Assembly (NCBI GenBank): GCA_964360855.1
Contig: CAYHXV010000004.1
Location: 1-39,819, forward strand
Reading direction: 5' to 3'
Length of the DNA stretch: 39,819 nt
Source of the DNA: an uncultured Candidatus Saccharibacteria bacterium
Lineage (GTDB): Bacteria > Patescibacteriota > Minisyncoccia > Phycocordibacterales > Phycocordibacteraceae
Shown: one piece after another, positions 1 through 9,591 of the stretch
Layout of the letters: every line of letters starts with the position of its first letter
How positions within the stretch are numbered: position 1 is the stretch's first letter
Position numbers and translations under genes: made by a program
Notes under the pieces: generated by a model
Seen by the model: the letters and a program-made list of their open reading frames with translations, nothing else
Databases searched by the model: none
What the model was told of the DNA's origin: nothing

Positions 1-296
1 GCCATAAGGGCTGAGCCCCCAGACACAGAGAGATCACTCCCGCCAGGAGTGGGGGAGGGGTCGATGTTAATAGCCGCCTCAAGGAGCGCGAGGCTGCTGT
101 CATGAAGAACCGGTGCACTTTGTACTACTTCAGAAGCCCTAAGTATAGAAAAAGGCCAGAATGCTCCGGCAGTTTGCGGGACAAGGATGATTCCTATGCC
201 AAGAAGAAGGCTTGCGGCGATTAAAGCGCCAGGAATCCAGTATGCAACCGAGTCGGATAGTGCTTTGAGCGGACTCGGAGGTTCAATTGGGGGCAA
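1..296 (-). CDS. Partial (N-terminal) secreted/membrane-anchored protein, possibly a LysM/M23-type peptidase; runs off the window start
   Basis: Not in the ORF track. Hand translation from TTG at 296 is open to the window edge: ...YWIPGALIAASLLLGIGIILVPQTAGAFWPFS...LLEAAINIDPSPTPGGSDLSVSGGSALM. Signal/TM segment with an AxA-type site. Family guess rests on recalled resemblance to CPR LysM/M23 N-termini; start codon uncertain. TATACT on the minus strand at 392-397. Confidence 0.5.
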   Translation of the reverse strand, partial: MPPIEPPSPLKALSDSVAYWIPGALIAASLLLGIGIILVPQTAGAFWPFSILRASEVVQSAPVLHDSSLALLEAAINIDPSPTPGGSDLSVSGGSALM

Positions 297-470
297 AATA
301 AAGAAACAGGGTGTGCGTCAGCGAGTCTTCCGTATTCGAAATGGCGTATATAAGCCATTTATTCAATTCATCCGTACCAGGCGATTCTCCTAGTATAGAG
401 GGTGGGTGGCACAGGTCAACTGGCTCGTGGGGTAGGTGGGGAGAGTGGCTTTTGGGCTATAGTGTAAGAC

Positions 471-2372
471 ATGCAGTACTTGGACGGCCTAAATGATGCC
501 CAGAGAGAAGCCGTCATAACCACCGAAGGGCCGGTATCCGTACTTGCGGGGGCAGGAAGCGGAAAGACTAAGGTTCTGACCACACGTATATACCACCTGA
601 TACGCACCGGCACCCCTGCCGAGCGTATTTTGGCGGTGACCTTCACCAATAAAGCGGCTCGCGAGATGCGTGAGCGGCTTGCCCACATGCTCGACGACGC
701 CCGGCTTCCGATTGTGGTCACCTTCCACGGCCTCGGGCGTATTTTGCTCGAACGGTTTGGTACGCGCATAGGGGTACCGCGCTACTTTGCGATATTTGAT
801 AGAGATGATTCCGAGCGCGCAGTCAAAGAAGCGCTCAAGGCACTCGATGTTGACCCGAAAGAAGTTCCTCCGCGAGCGATTCTTGCACGCATTAGTAAAG
901 CTAAGGGGGAGGGGTTAGGTGCAACAGAGTTTCGTTCCAAGCACGCTCATGAAAGTTTTCGTTCACGTATCACCGCTGAAGCGTGGACCAGGTATGAGGA
1001 CACCCTGAAGCGCGAGAAGTCTCTTGATTTTGATGATTTGATTGCCTTACCTGCAAAGCTGCTGCGCGAGCACGCAGACATACGCGCAGAAGCGGAGAAA
1101 CTCTTTTCGCACATTCATGTGGATGAGTATCAGGATACGAGCGTACAACAAGGCGAGTTGATTAATACACTTTCGCAAACGCACAAAAATATATTCGTTG
1201 TGGGCGACATCGATCAATGTGTGTACTCATGGCGTAATGCAACGATTGAAAACCTACTCTCCTTTGAAGACACGTATCCAGGCGCGCACGCAATTGTGCT
1301 TGCACATAATTACCGTTCAACCAAAACAATTGTTGAAGCATCGAACCGCATTATTGAGAAGAACAAAAACCGAAAAGAAAAGATTGCCATCACCAACAAT
1401 GCGGAAGGGGAGCCGATTCGTATTCATGTGGCAAACACGGCGGATGGCGAGGCTCGTTGGATTGCAGACGAGGCGAGACACCAAATGCTTGCCGGTGTTC
1501 CTCCCGAAAACATTGCGGTTCTCTATCGCACAAACTTCCAGTCTCGTGCACTTGAGGAAGCATTTCTGCGAGGTCGCATACCATACAAGCTTCTTGGTAC
1601 CCGGTTTCTAGATCGCAAGGAAGTAAAGGACGTATTGGCGTGGGTACGCTTGGCACTTGAGCCTACGCGTGAGACGGACCGGATGCGTGCAGTGCAAAGT
1701 CCTGCGCGAGGAATTGGTAAAGTAACGCTCGGAAAGATGACCGCAGGACTGCGCGACACCCTCAAAGCAGGGGAGCGCAGCAAGGTGGAAGCGTTCGAAG
1801 CTATTGTGAACGAACTGCACGAAGCGGCGCAGACTCTTGAGCCCTCTGCATTTGTGCGTTTGGTCGTAGAGCGAAGTGGCATGGAAGCCGCGCTCACCAA
1901 GGGGGGAGACGAAGATAAGGAGCGGCTTGAAAACGCCAAAGAGTTGGCAACACTTGCGAGCCGCTATGACGCAACTCCTGGAGTTGAGGGGGTTAATTCG
2001 TTTCTTGCAGACACCGCACTTGCAGGAGATCAGGACGAGCTTGATCGAGACCAAAGCAAGACGGGCGTCACTCTTATGACGGTGCATGCATCAAAGGGTC
2101 TGGAGTTCGATACCGTGTTTGTAACGGGTCTTGAAGAGGGGTTGTTCCCTCACCAAGGTATGGACGATGAGAAACGAGACGAGGAAGAAGAACGCCGGCT
2201 CTTCTATGTTGCGGTTACTCGGGCGAAACAGCGGCTCATTCTCACCCTTGCACGAGTACGTAGAATATATGGAACTGACTTCTTTTCGGAACCCTCTTCT
2301 TTCATCCATGATATTGATGAACACCTCATCCATCTTGAGGAAGGGGACGAGCATGAGACGATAATTGAATAG
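471..2372 (+). CDS. pcrA: ATP-dependent DNA helicase, UvrD/PcrA/Rep family
   Basis: AGAGSGKT Walker A, VTFTNKAAREM, VDEYQD, NYRS, VTLMTVHASKGLEF, EEERRLFYVAVTRA motifs. Confidence 0.95.
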   Translation: MQYLDGLNDAQREAVITTEGPVSVLAGAGSGKTKVLTTRIYHLIRTGTPAERILAVTFTNKAAREMRERLAHMLDDARLPIVVTFHGLGRILLERFGTRIGVPRYFAIFDRDDSERAVKEALKALDVDPKEVPPRAILARISKAKGEGLGATEFRSKHAHESFRSRITAEAWTRYEDTLKREKSLDFDDLIALPAKLLREHADIRAEAEKLFSHIHVDEYQDTSVQQGELINTLSQTHKNIFVVGDIDQCVYSWRNATIENLLSFEDTYPGAHAIVLAHNYRSTKTIVEASNRIIEKNKNRKEKIAITNNAEGEPIRIHVANTADGEARWIADEARHQMLAGVPPENIAVLYRTNFQSRALEEAFLRGRIPYKLLGTRFLDRKEVKDVLAWVRLALEPTRETDRMRAVQSPARGIGKVTLGKMTAGLRDTLKAGERSKVEAFEAIVNELHEAAQTLEPSAFVRLVVERSGMEAALTKGGDEDKERLENAKELATLASRYDATPGVEGVNSFLADTALAGDQDELDRDQSKTGVTLMTVHASKGLEFDTVFVTGLEEGLFPHQGMDDEKRDEEEERRLFYVAVTRAKQRLILTLARVRRIYGTDFFSEPSSFIHDIDEHLIHLEEGDEHETIIE

Positions 2373-2380
2373 GGGGTTGT

Positions 2381-2403
2381 GTGTATTACACTAGGTGATA
2401 CAC
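2381..2403. promoter_or_regulatory. Imperfect inverted repeat, candidate TA autoregulatory operator
   Basis: GTGTAT-tacactaggtg-ATACAC ending 9 nt upstream of the antitoxin ATG. Confidence 0.5.
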
Positions 2404-2412
2404 TTTTGATAT

Positions 2413-2658
2413 ATGCCTACCACCAAAGAACGTATTTTGATCACCCTTACCCCTGATATGGCGCACGAGTTAACGCTTCGTGCGAAGAAGGAGAAAAGTC
2501 CTCGCGCAACAGTTGCCGCACGTCTGGTGCGAGAAGCTCTGGAAGATGCCGAGGACAAGCGTATCGCGGCTATTGTAGACAAACGTATCGCCTCAACCAA
2601 AACGTGGCTCTCCTCTGACGAATTCTGGGAAAAGGTTCAGGCGATGCACTCAAAATAA
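2413..2658 (+). CDS. Putative type II antitoxin (ribbon-helix-helix/RelB-like)
   Basis: 81 aa, N-terminal beta-strand RILITLT followed by helices, 'EALEDAED' acidic segment, directly upstream of a RelE-like gene. Confidence 0.75.
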   Translation: MPTTKERILITLTPDMAHELTLRAKKEKSPRATVAARLVREALEDAEDKRIAAIVDKRIASTKTWLSSDEFWEKVQAMHSK

Positions 2659-2660
2659 GT

Positions 2661-2921
2661 ATGGGGGCCTTCGACGTTACGTTTTCCCGTGACGCACTGA
2701 ACGACGCTGGAAAGCTCGACCACTCGGACTTTGCAGTATTGCGTGAGGCAATACAAAAGAAACTGACCACGAACCCGGAACATTTTGGCAAGCCGCTACG
2801 GTATTCACTTACTGGTTCGCGTAGCTTGCGAGTGGGAGACTGGCGTGTTGAATTCGTAATCAGAAAGAACACGGTCCATGTGGCGGGTATATTTCACAGG
2901 AAGAAAGGCTATTCGCGCTAA
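2661..2921 (+). CDS. Type II toxin, RelE/ParE family
   Basis: 86 aa with GKPLRYSLTGSRSLRVGDWRV...IFHRKKGY, typical RelE/StbE signature. Confidence 0.85.
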   Translation: MGAFDVTFSRDALNDAGKLDHSDFAVLREAIQKKLTTNPEHFGKPLRYSLTGSRSLRVGDWRVEFVIRKNTVHVAGIFHRKKGYSR

Positions 2922-2922
2922 T

Positions 2923-3702
2923 ATGCAACCAAAAAAATCACTCGGACAAAACTTCTTGATGCACCCGCAAACTGCGGAGCGTATTGTGGTTGCCTCAGGG
3001 GTGGGGGAGAACGCCACCGTACTTGAAGTTGGGCCCGGTACCGGTATGCTCACCCGCGCACTCCTTGCCCGCGTGCGCAAAGTTATTGCGGTGGAGGCAG
3101 ACCATACATTGCTGGGTGCGCTTAACGAGACTTTTGCTGAAGAGATTGGGACAGGGAGACTGGAATTGGTGTCTGGGGATATTCGTTCTTTTGATACTGC
3201 AACAATTCCCGGTGAGTATTCTGTTGTGGCAAATATTCCGTACTACATAACCGGGGAGATAATCCGGCAATTCCTCACCAGTACCCACAAGCCAACCTCC
3301 ATGACCCTCTTGGTTCAGAAGGAGGTGGCTGTTCGAATTGCTCGAGACAAGAAGGAAAGCCTTCTTTCTTTGTCTGTGAAGGCGTTTGGTACCCCAAAAT
3401 ATTGCTTCACCGTACCCCGCGGTGCCTTTCGGCCCGCTCCAAATGTAGATTCTGCGGTACTTTCTATTGAAAACATACGGAGGGATGCCTTTTCTTCTCC
3501 GGAAGACGAGAACGTATTTTTTGAAGTGCTTCGGGCTGGCTTCTCGCAGAAACGTAAGCGGTTGGCTAAGAACTTGGAGCAGTTGTACCCTTCCGAATCA
3601 ATCGTGCGTGCGTTTCAGACACTTGGTCTTTCCCCAAATGTGCGCAGTGAGGACATTGGAGAGGAAGTGTGGCGGTCTCTTGTACACACTCTCCGTATCT
3701 AA
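2923..3702 (+). CDS. rsmA: 16S rRNA m6,2A dimethyltransferase RsmA/KsgA
   Basis: KKSLGQNFL, VLEVGPGTG, ANIPYYIT, FRPAPNVDSAV; start moved to the ATG at 2923. Confidence 0.95.
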   Translation: MQPKKSLGQNFLMHPQTAERIVVASGVGENATVLEVGPGTGMLTRALLARVRKVIAVEADHTLLGALNETFAEEIGTGRLELVSGDIRSFDTATIPGEYSVVANIPYYITGEIIRQFLTSTHKPTSMTLLVQKEVAVRIARDKKESLLSLSVKAFGTPKYCFTVPRGAFRPAPNVDSAVLSIENIRRDAFSSPEDENVFFEVLRAGFSQKRKRLAKNLEQLYPSESIVRAFQTLGLSPNVRSEDIGEEVWRSLVHTLRI

Positions 3703-3771
3703 TGCACAGATACCCTATATAGGTAGCGGCGGGGAAGTGTGTGTGCGTGCTACTATTTTGATAAACCTTGT

Positions 3772-4755
3772 ATGAATCCCCGCTTTCGTACGCTTCAACT
3801 TGCTCTTGCTTCTTCCGTCGCGGTTGCGTTCATTGTGTGCTCGTATCTATTCTCGGGACCCTTCTCACTTCGCCCAAGTACGGTGGACGCCGCAACTGCA
3901 GAAACACTGTTGAAAGCCTATGCGGTAAAAGATGCAGATGCAGACGGTCTGCCTGATTGGCAAGAAGCGCTCTATGGTACTGATCCAGCTAATCCTGAGT
4001 CCGTACAAAAAGGAATGAGGGATGGGGATGCGGTTGCGCAGGGCTTGGTGAAGCCGAAGTTTGAAAGTGCACCAGCTACACCGACGAGTGCCGAGAGTAT
4101 TCCTGGCACACTACCCTCGGACGACTCAGTAACGGCACAGTTTTCACAGGAGTTTCTGAAAGCTTATATAGACGCCGGTGGTCAGACCATGAGCGCAAGT
4201 GAGCAACAGGTTTTGCTTTCGCGACTCATGCAGAGCTTCACTACCCGTGCAGAGAAGGTGGTGACATCCCCTTACACCGCACTTTCAATACATACCGACA
4301 CGAATGTGAGTGTATTGGCGTACGCAGGAGCGGTTGAAGCAATCATCGTTGCAAACGACTCACCAAAGGGAAGTCCGTTACCACTTGATCTAATGGATGC
4401 CTATATCAATAACGGAGACGCTGCAGCTGGAGTTCAGCTGGGCGCACTCGCAAAGAGATACGAAGTAATCAGCAAAGCTCTTCTTGCGCTGCGCGTGCCG
4501 CCTTCGGTTTCCACTTCTCATCTGTTGCTTCTGCAGTCTTTCGATTCGCTTGCTCGCGCAACGCGTCTCGCCGCTTCTTTTGAAAAAGATCCGGTGGCAG
4601 TACTCGGGGCACTGAGCATATATCAGCCCGCATCAACCGGTGTGGTGGAGGCATTTACGCAACTTGCAACCACGATTCTCTCGGGTGGGGAGCCCTCGAA
4701 AGGAGCGCCAGGTTTCATTATTGTGAATTTTGCTCGTAGCACACAGACGCAATGA
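3772..4755 (+). CDS. Membrane-anchored protein with a thrombospondin type-3-like Ca-binding repeat
   Basis: N-terminal TM helix then DADADGLPDWQEALYGTDP; start ATG 3772; TGcTACTAT at 3748-3756. Confidence 0.7.
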   Translation: MNPRFRTLQLALASSVAVAFIVCSYLFSGPFSLRPSTVDAATAETLLKAYAVKDADADGLPDWQEALYGTDPANPESVQKGMRDGDAVAQGLVKPKFESAPATPTSAESIPGTLPSDDSVTAQFSQEFLKAYIDAGGQTMSASEQQVLLSRLMQSFTTRAEKVVTSPYTALSIHTDTNVSVLAYAGAVEAIIVANDSPKGSPLPLDLMDAYINNGDAAAGVQLGALAKRYEVISKALLALRVPPSVSTSHLLLLQSFDSLARATRLAASFEKDPVAVLGALSIYQPASTGVVEAFTQLATTILSGGEPSKGAPGFIIVNFARSTQTQ

Positions 4756-6344
4756 CTTCCTTCTACTCACACTTCGTACGTTTCGTAGCTGGACTCCTTA
4801 CAGTGGCGATAGTTGCAGTTGGGGTGTACGTGCCAATGAATGCCTCTCGTGTGGAAGCGCAAGCGGTACTTAGTTTTGAAACTAATCCAGCGCTTCTTGG
4901 GGGTATTGCGGCGACAGCTATTGCTAGCGCCGATCAAACCCTTATTTCCAAAGTGTTAAACGCTCTCGCGTGGACTGTTGCAAAGGTCGCCATTCAGACC
5001 ATGACCAAGAGTATTGTGAGTTGGATCAATGGTGGGTTTGAGGGCTCTCCTGCGTTTGAAACTGACCTCCAAAACAGTCTCCGTCGTTTGGGGGACGGTG
5101 TGGCCCAAGGCTTTCTCTCCCAAATGGCCAATGAAGCAGCAATTCGATCACCGTTTAGCGATCAGCTCATAACGAATGTGGGTGCGGCATACTATTTGTA
5201 TAGTGGTCGAGAAGGACTCGCGTCTCGTCTTCGCTACACCCTAAACGAGTCTGCTGCAGACGATAGGGCATTTCTTGCGGGAGATTTTAGTCAGGGGGGG
5301 TGGAACGCGTGGTTCAGTGCATTTCAAAATCCCGCCAACAATCCCTTTGGGGCGCAGATGATCGCATCTCAAGAACTCTCTAATCGGATTTCTGCTGCTG
5401 CAGTGCAGCGTACCCAAGAACTCGGGTGGGGAAGTGGCTTCCTTTCGTGGAAGGGTGATTGTGTCGACAAAACTAATGGTTCGGCACACACCGGGAGTGG
5501 TGGTACCACGACCAACACTGCGCAGGGATCAGTATCTTCACAGAGCACTAGTGGCGTTGGTGGAACAAATACAGGAAGTGGGCTCTCCGAAGCAGAACGG
5601 GCTGCGCGTGCAGCCTCTACCCCCTCTACCCATACTCTTTCAGATGCTGAGGGATGTCTTGAACACGAAATTCAAACACCCGGTTCTGTTATCGAGGGTA
5701 CACTCATTCCGAACATAAACTCTCCCTTGCACCAGCTCGAGCTTGCAGACTCTATAAATGAGATTATTGGGGCTCTGGCGCAACAGTTAGTATCAAAAGT
5801 TATTGGTGGGGGAGGACTTCGCGGAGTATCAAACCCTGGCCAAGGAGGCGGGAAGTCGGCACTCGAACAAGCGTCAGATTCTTCCCAGTACTCTGGAAAT
5901 GTAAACAGTCTTCGAGGCGGCTTTGACCAGGGTGTTGCTAATTCGCGTGCCCAGACTGAAAGTTATCGCGCGTCGTGGCAAAAGATTGCTGATGCCGCTG
6001 CAGCAGCTAAGGCTGCTTGCGGCACAAGCTCTGAGACAATCCAAGCGGTACTCGATAGGTCCGCCAAAGCTCTCGCACGAGCGAGCGAAGCCCTCGCGGC
6101 ACTCGACCAAATACGAGGACGGTCTGCAGCTCTCAATACTGCGGGGGACGATCCTGCAACCGTACTAACCGGTATCTCTAACAGCTACCTTGATCTTCTT
6201 TCTAATGGCACGCTACCAAGTGCTGCCGAGTTGACCGAAGCTGCGGGAGAGAGTCAGGACACTGGCTCTGCCACTCCAGGCTCACTCTACAGCCAGATGA
6301 CTAGACTTTCTTCTGCTCGCTTGTGTGCATTCACCGGAAACTAG
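4752..6344 (+). CDS. Hypothetical secreted/membrane protein of the T4SS-like locus
   Basis: 530-aa ORF overlapping the previous stop (ATGA); signal peptide, hydrophobic helices, G/S/T-rich loop between two Cys, Ala-rich helical C-terminus. Confidence 0.75.
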   Translation: MTSFYSHFVRFVAGLLTVAIVAVGVYVPMNASRVEAQAVLSFETNPALLGGIAATAIASADQTLISKVLNALAWTVAKVAIQTMTKSIVSWINGGFEGSPAFETDLQNSLRRLGDGVAQGFLSQMANEAAIRSPFSDQLITNVGAAYYLYSGREGLASRLRYTLNESAADDRAFLAGDFSQGGWNAWFSAFQNPANNPFGAQMIASQELSNRISAAAVQRTQELGWGSGFLSWKGDCVDKTNGSAHTGSGGTTTNTAQGSVSSQSTSGVGGTNTGSGLSEAERAARAASTPSTHTLSDAEGCLEHEIQTPGSVIEGTLIPNINSPLHQLELADSINEIIGALAQQLVSKVIGGGGLRGVSNPGQGGGKSALEQASDSSQYSGNVNSLRGGFDQGVANSRAQTESYRASWQKIADAAAAAKAACGTSSETIQAVLDRSAKALARASEALAALDQIRGRSAALNTAGDDPATVLTGISNSYLDLLSNGTLPSAAELTEAAGESQDTGSATPGSLYSQMTRLSSARLCAFTGN

Positions 6345-6348
6345 CGCT

Positions 6349-8847
6349 ATGAAAAAGCTCCTGCGAGCATCGATTATAGTTTCGGGGCTTTCATTGGTGC
6401 TGTTTTTTGGTGTGGGGATGTCTGTTGGTTATGCACAGACGGCTAATGTGCCTCCTGCAGCAACGCCCACTGATACGGTAAGTCAGTTCGCTTCCAAGGT
6501 AAGTATTTTACTAACAAAAGACAAGGCAAGAATCCCTAACGTCGGGTTTGGTGCTAGTACAAATTTTACATATCAGGGTCTTGCTTGTTTCCGCCGCACT
6601 TCTGAATTGAGCCGTGGGGGAACGGCCACATATACGATATCGTGTACACAACAGCAGCCAAAACTGACAGCAACTTGTGAGGATACAACCGGTTTGCTTA
6701 ATACATGTCGTGTAACTGATGCTGCGGGCAATCCAGTTCAGGTGGGTGGTGAGGACACTTTTTCACCAAATCGTGTTGGTGAGGATGCCGTGATAGATGC
6801 AGCAACAGGACAACAGGTGGGTGAGGATACGGGGAGACCCATTTCAGACGATGCTAGTTGTTCGGGTAATTTCCTCTGTGCCTTAGGAAAACTTCCCGGC
6901 ATGCTCTTCGCTGGCCTCGGCTTCCTCCTCCTCACACTATCAGCGCTCATTCTGGGTATTGCCGGTACGGTCTTTAACTGGGTGGTGATACGCACGGTGT
7001 TTCAGTTTGCCCTATACTTCGGTACCTCTGCGGGTATGCTGGTTGCCTGGGGAGTGCTGCGAGACATTGCCAACATTGCGTTGTTATTCGGATTTATCTT
7101 TGTTGGCATAGCCACAATTTTGAATACCCAGAGTGTGGAGGGGTATACCGCAAAGAAAGCGCTGCCGCGACTCATCATCTTTGCCGTACTCCTTAACTTC
7201 AGTCTCTTTGCAACACAGGCGATTATTGATGTGGCCAATGGGTTTAGTTCGGTGTTTGCTGCGTATGCGGGACAGGAACAGTGCGATCAGGGTGTATCAA
7301 CCACTGGAAGTAGTGGGCAAAGTCAAGCTGCGTGTGCCAACCTCGGTATCTCAAGCAAAATCCTTGAGGCGGCGGGTATGCACAACATCAACCCCTTCAA
7401 GGTGGGGACACTTACCGCCCTTTCACAGGCATGGGAGCAACCCTACACCTATACCGTGATGCTCATCATGCTCTCCCTCATGGTTACCGTAACGGCCATG
7501 GTGCTCATTGCTGCCACCATTATGCTTGTGGTGCGGGTGGTGGTGCTCTCCCTCCTTATGGTTACTTCGCCCATAGGATTTGCGGGCATGGCTATTCCTT
7601 CGCTTAATAAGATTGCGCAGGACTGGTGGCACAAGCTCATCAATCAAGCGTTCTTCGCTCCTCTATTCCTGCTCATGATTTTTGTGAGCTTGAAGTTAGT
7701 GGAGGGACTCCAGTCTGGCGAGGCAACCATTGCAGACGCCATACTCGGAAATACGGGAAGTGGGGGAGGTACCACCGCGGGAAACATGCAGGTGGTGATG
7801 GTGTTTATGATTGTGATTGGGTTTATGATCGGCGCACTCATGATTGCGCAGAAGATGGGTGCGTATGGGGCGAGTTTTGCTACTAAGACTGCAGGGGGTA
7901 TTGCGTTTGGGGCGCATGGGTTTGTGGCAAGGAGGACGGTAGGGAGAGTTTCAGGAAAGATTGCTTCTAAACTTCGTGGTACTAAATTTGCGGAAGGTAA
8001 CTTCGGTCGCTTGGTGGTTGGTGCTGCAGATGCTGGCTCAAAAGCCAGCTACAGTACAAGAAACCTTGCTGGTGGCCTTCTCAAGGGAACAGGTGTTGAC
8101 GTAGGTAAGGCAAATAAGACTGCGGGACACGGGTATCATGGCATTGAGGAGAAGGCTGAGAAGGCGCGTCTGGATTATGCAAAGACTCTTCAGGACCGAA
8201 ACGAAACTGATGAAGAGTACAAAATACGCATGGCAGCTCTGAAACGCGACCACGAGCAAAACGCACGCGACTTGTCTAAATCTGAAGCTGCTGTTCCTGT
8301 GGCAGAGGAAGCAAAACGTGTGGTAAAAGAACTTCTGGCGACTCAAGAGTCTGAGTTGCGAAGGATGCAGACTATTGTTACTCAAAATCCTGGAAGTGCG
8401 GCCGCCCAGCGTGATCTCGTGGCAGCAGAGCAAAATGTTGCACGCACAAATGAGGACCTCACGCAGGCAGACAGGAACCTTGCCGATGCAACAAGGGCAC
8501 TAGCAAGCGCTCAAGAAACTCGCACCAAGCTTAGCAAAACGACAACAGATAAAATTACCGTTAAGGGGTCTGATCGTCAGAAAGCGTACGCTGAAAATAT
8601 TAAACACGAGGGTGATTTGGACTTTATAGGCCTTAAGGGGATTCGGGTCACTGCGGCCTCACATGGAAACCATGCTGCTGCTGCAAAAATACTTAAGGAC
8701 GCCAATAAGTCAGACCTTGATAAAGCGTTAGACGCCCTTAAGAAGGAAATGAAGGCAAAAGAAAAGGCCGAGGCGGCTGATGATCATAAGGAAGAGACTC
8801 CAAAAACCACGGCACGGGGTGGGGCTGCTGGCCCAACAATTCACTAA
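6349..8847 (+). CDS. VirB6/TrbL-like polytopic membrane protein
   Basis: Signal peptide, Cys-containing N-domain, multi-TM core (WGVLRDIANI..., LPRLIIFAVLLNFSLF, RVVVLSLLMVTSPIGF, WWHKLINQAFFAP), Gly-rich region and coiled-coil tail; start ATG 6349. Confidence 0.7.
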   Translation: MKKLLRASIIVSGLSLVLFFGVGMSVGYAQTANVPPAATPTDTVSQFASKVSILLTKDKARIPNVGFGASTNFTYQGLACFRRTSELSRGGTATYTISCTQQQPKLTATCEDTTGLLNTCRVTDAAGNPVQVGGEDTFSPNRVGEDAVIDAATGQQVGEDTGRPISDDASCSGNFLCALGKLPGMLFAGLGFLLLTLSALILGIAGTVFNWVVIRTVFQFALYFGTSAGMLVAWGVLRDIANIALLFGFIFVGIATILNTQSVEGYTAKKALPRLIIFAVLLNFSLFATQAIIDVANGFSSVFAAYAGQEQCDQGVSTTGSSGQSQAACANLGISSKILEAAGMHNINPFKVGTLTALSQAWEQPYTYTVMLIMLSLMVTVTAMVLIAATIMLVVRVVVLSLLMVTSPIGFAGMAIPSLNKIAQDWWHKLINQAFFAPLFLLMIFVSLKLVEGLQSGEATIADAILGNTGSGGGTTAGNMQVVMVFMIVIGFMIGALMIAQKMGAYGASFATKTAGGIAFGAHGFVARRTVGRVSGKIASKLRGTKFAEGNFGRLVVGAADAGSKASYSTRNLAGGLLKGTGVDVGKANKTAGHGYHGIEEKAEKARLDYAKTLQDRNETDEEYKIRMAALKRDHEQNARDLSKSEAAVPVAEEAKRVVKELLATQESELRRMQTIVTQNPGSAAAQRDLVAAEQNVARTNEDLTQADRNLADATRALASAQETRTKLSKTTTDKITVKGSDRQKAYAENIKHEGDLDFIGLKGIRVTAASHGNHAAAAKILKDANKSDLDKALDALKKEMKAKEKAEAADDHKEETPKTTARGGAAGPTIH

Positions 8848-8856
8848 CCTGATAAT

Positions 8857-9591
8857 ATGTCGAATATGGAACTGAATGCCCAGCCCTCGAATGACTTATC
8901 TGTAGACGAGGCAGTCGCAACCCTCCTCAGCGAACTCCCAAAACCCGTACAGGACTTTGTCACGGGGCCCGAACGCGCACGCATAGCACTTTCTCTCTCT
9001 CAAAAGTATCAACTCCACGTGGACCAGGCAGGGGCATTTGAAGTAGCCTATATGCACATGCTCCTTGGTATTTCTTCCCCTGAAGAATTCGTAGATTCAC
9101 TCACTAAGGCAGGGATCTCTTCCGAAGCCGTGCGCGGCCTCGCAAACGATGTGAACGAACAGGTATTTGTACCTCTTCGGAAAGCTGAGCAAGCGCCACC
9201 GGCACCCGTTATAGCTACTCCTCCTCCCGCACCAGCAGCACCCATTCTTCCAGGAAGCACTGAGCCCGTACCTCAACAGGTGGTTCCTCCTCCCATGCAT
9301 CACTATCCCGTCCCCGCAGCACCTCTGCCACACACGCTCATATATCCGCCTTATGCAGTACCGTACGGCACACCCATGTACATGATGCCCGTGCATCATC
9401 CGCAACAGTGGGTGGCTCCCCCTGTAGCAGCACCACTTCCTGAACAACCAGCACCCCCCATCCAACCGAGCACACCGACTCCGGTACCGTCGATACCAGA
9501 GACCATACCAAGCGCTCCACCCATGCCGCAACCAACCCCAATCCAAAAAGAATACTCTGCAGACCCGTACCGAGAACCTTTTACTCAGTAG
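8857..9591 (+). CDS. Hypothetical cytoplasmic protein with Pro-rich linker and C-terminal DPYREP motif
   Basis: About 110-aa helical N-domain, long Pro-rich tract, ends YSADPYREPFTQ. Confidence 0.75.
   Translation: MSNMELNAQPSNDLSVDEAVATLLSELPKPVQDFVTGPERARIALSLSQKYQLHVDQAGAFEVAYMHMLLGISSPEEFVDSLTKAGISSEAVRGLANDVNEQVFVPLRKAEQAPPAPVIATPPPAPAAPILPGSTEPVPQQVVPPPMHHYPVPAAPLPHTLIYPPYAVPYGTPMYMMPVHHPQQWVAPPVAAPLPEQPAPPIQPSTPTPVPSIPETIPSAPPMPQPTPIQKEYSADPYREPFTQ

Noticed and set aside
187-496. Plus-strand ORFs 187-393 and 311-496
   Set aside because: They overlap a more protein-like minus-strand frame and the divergent promoter region; no motifs.
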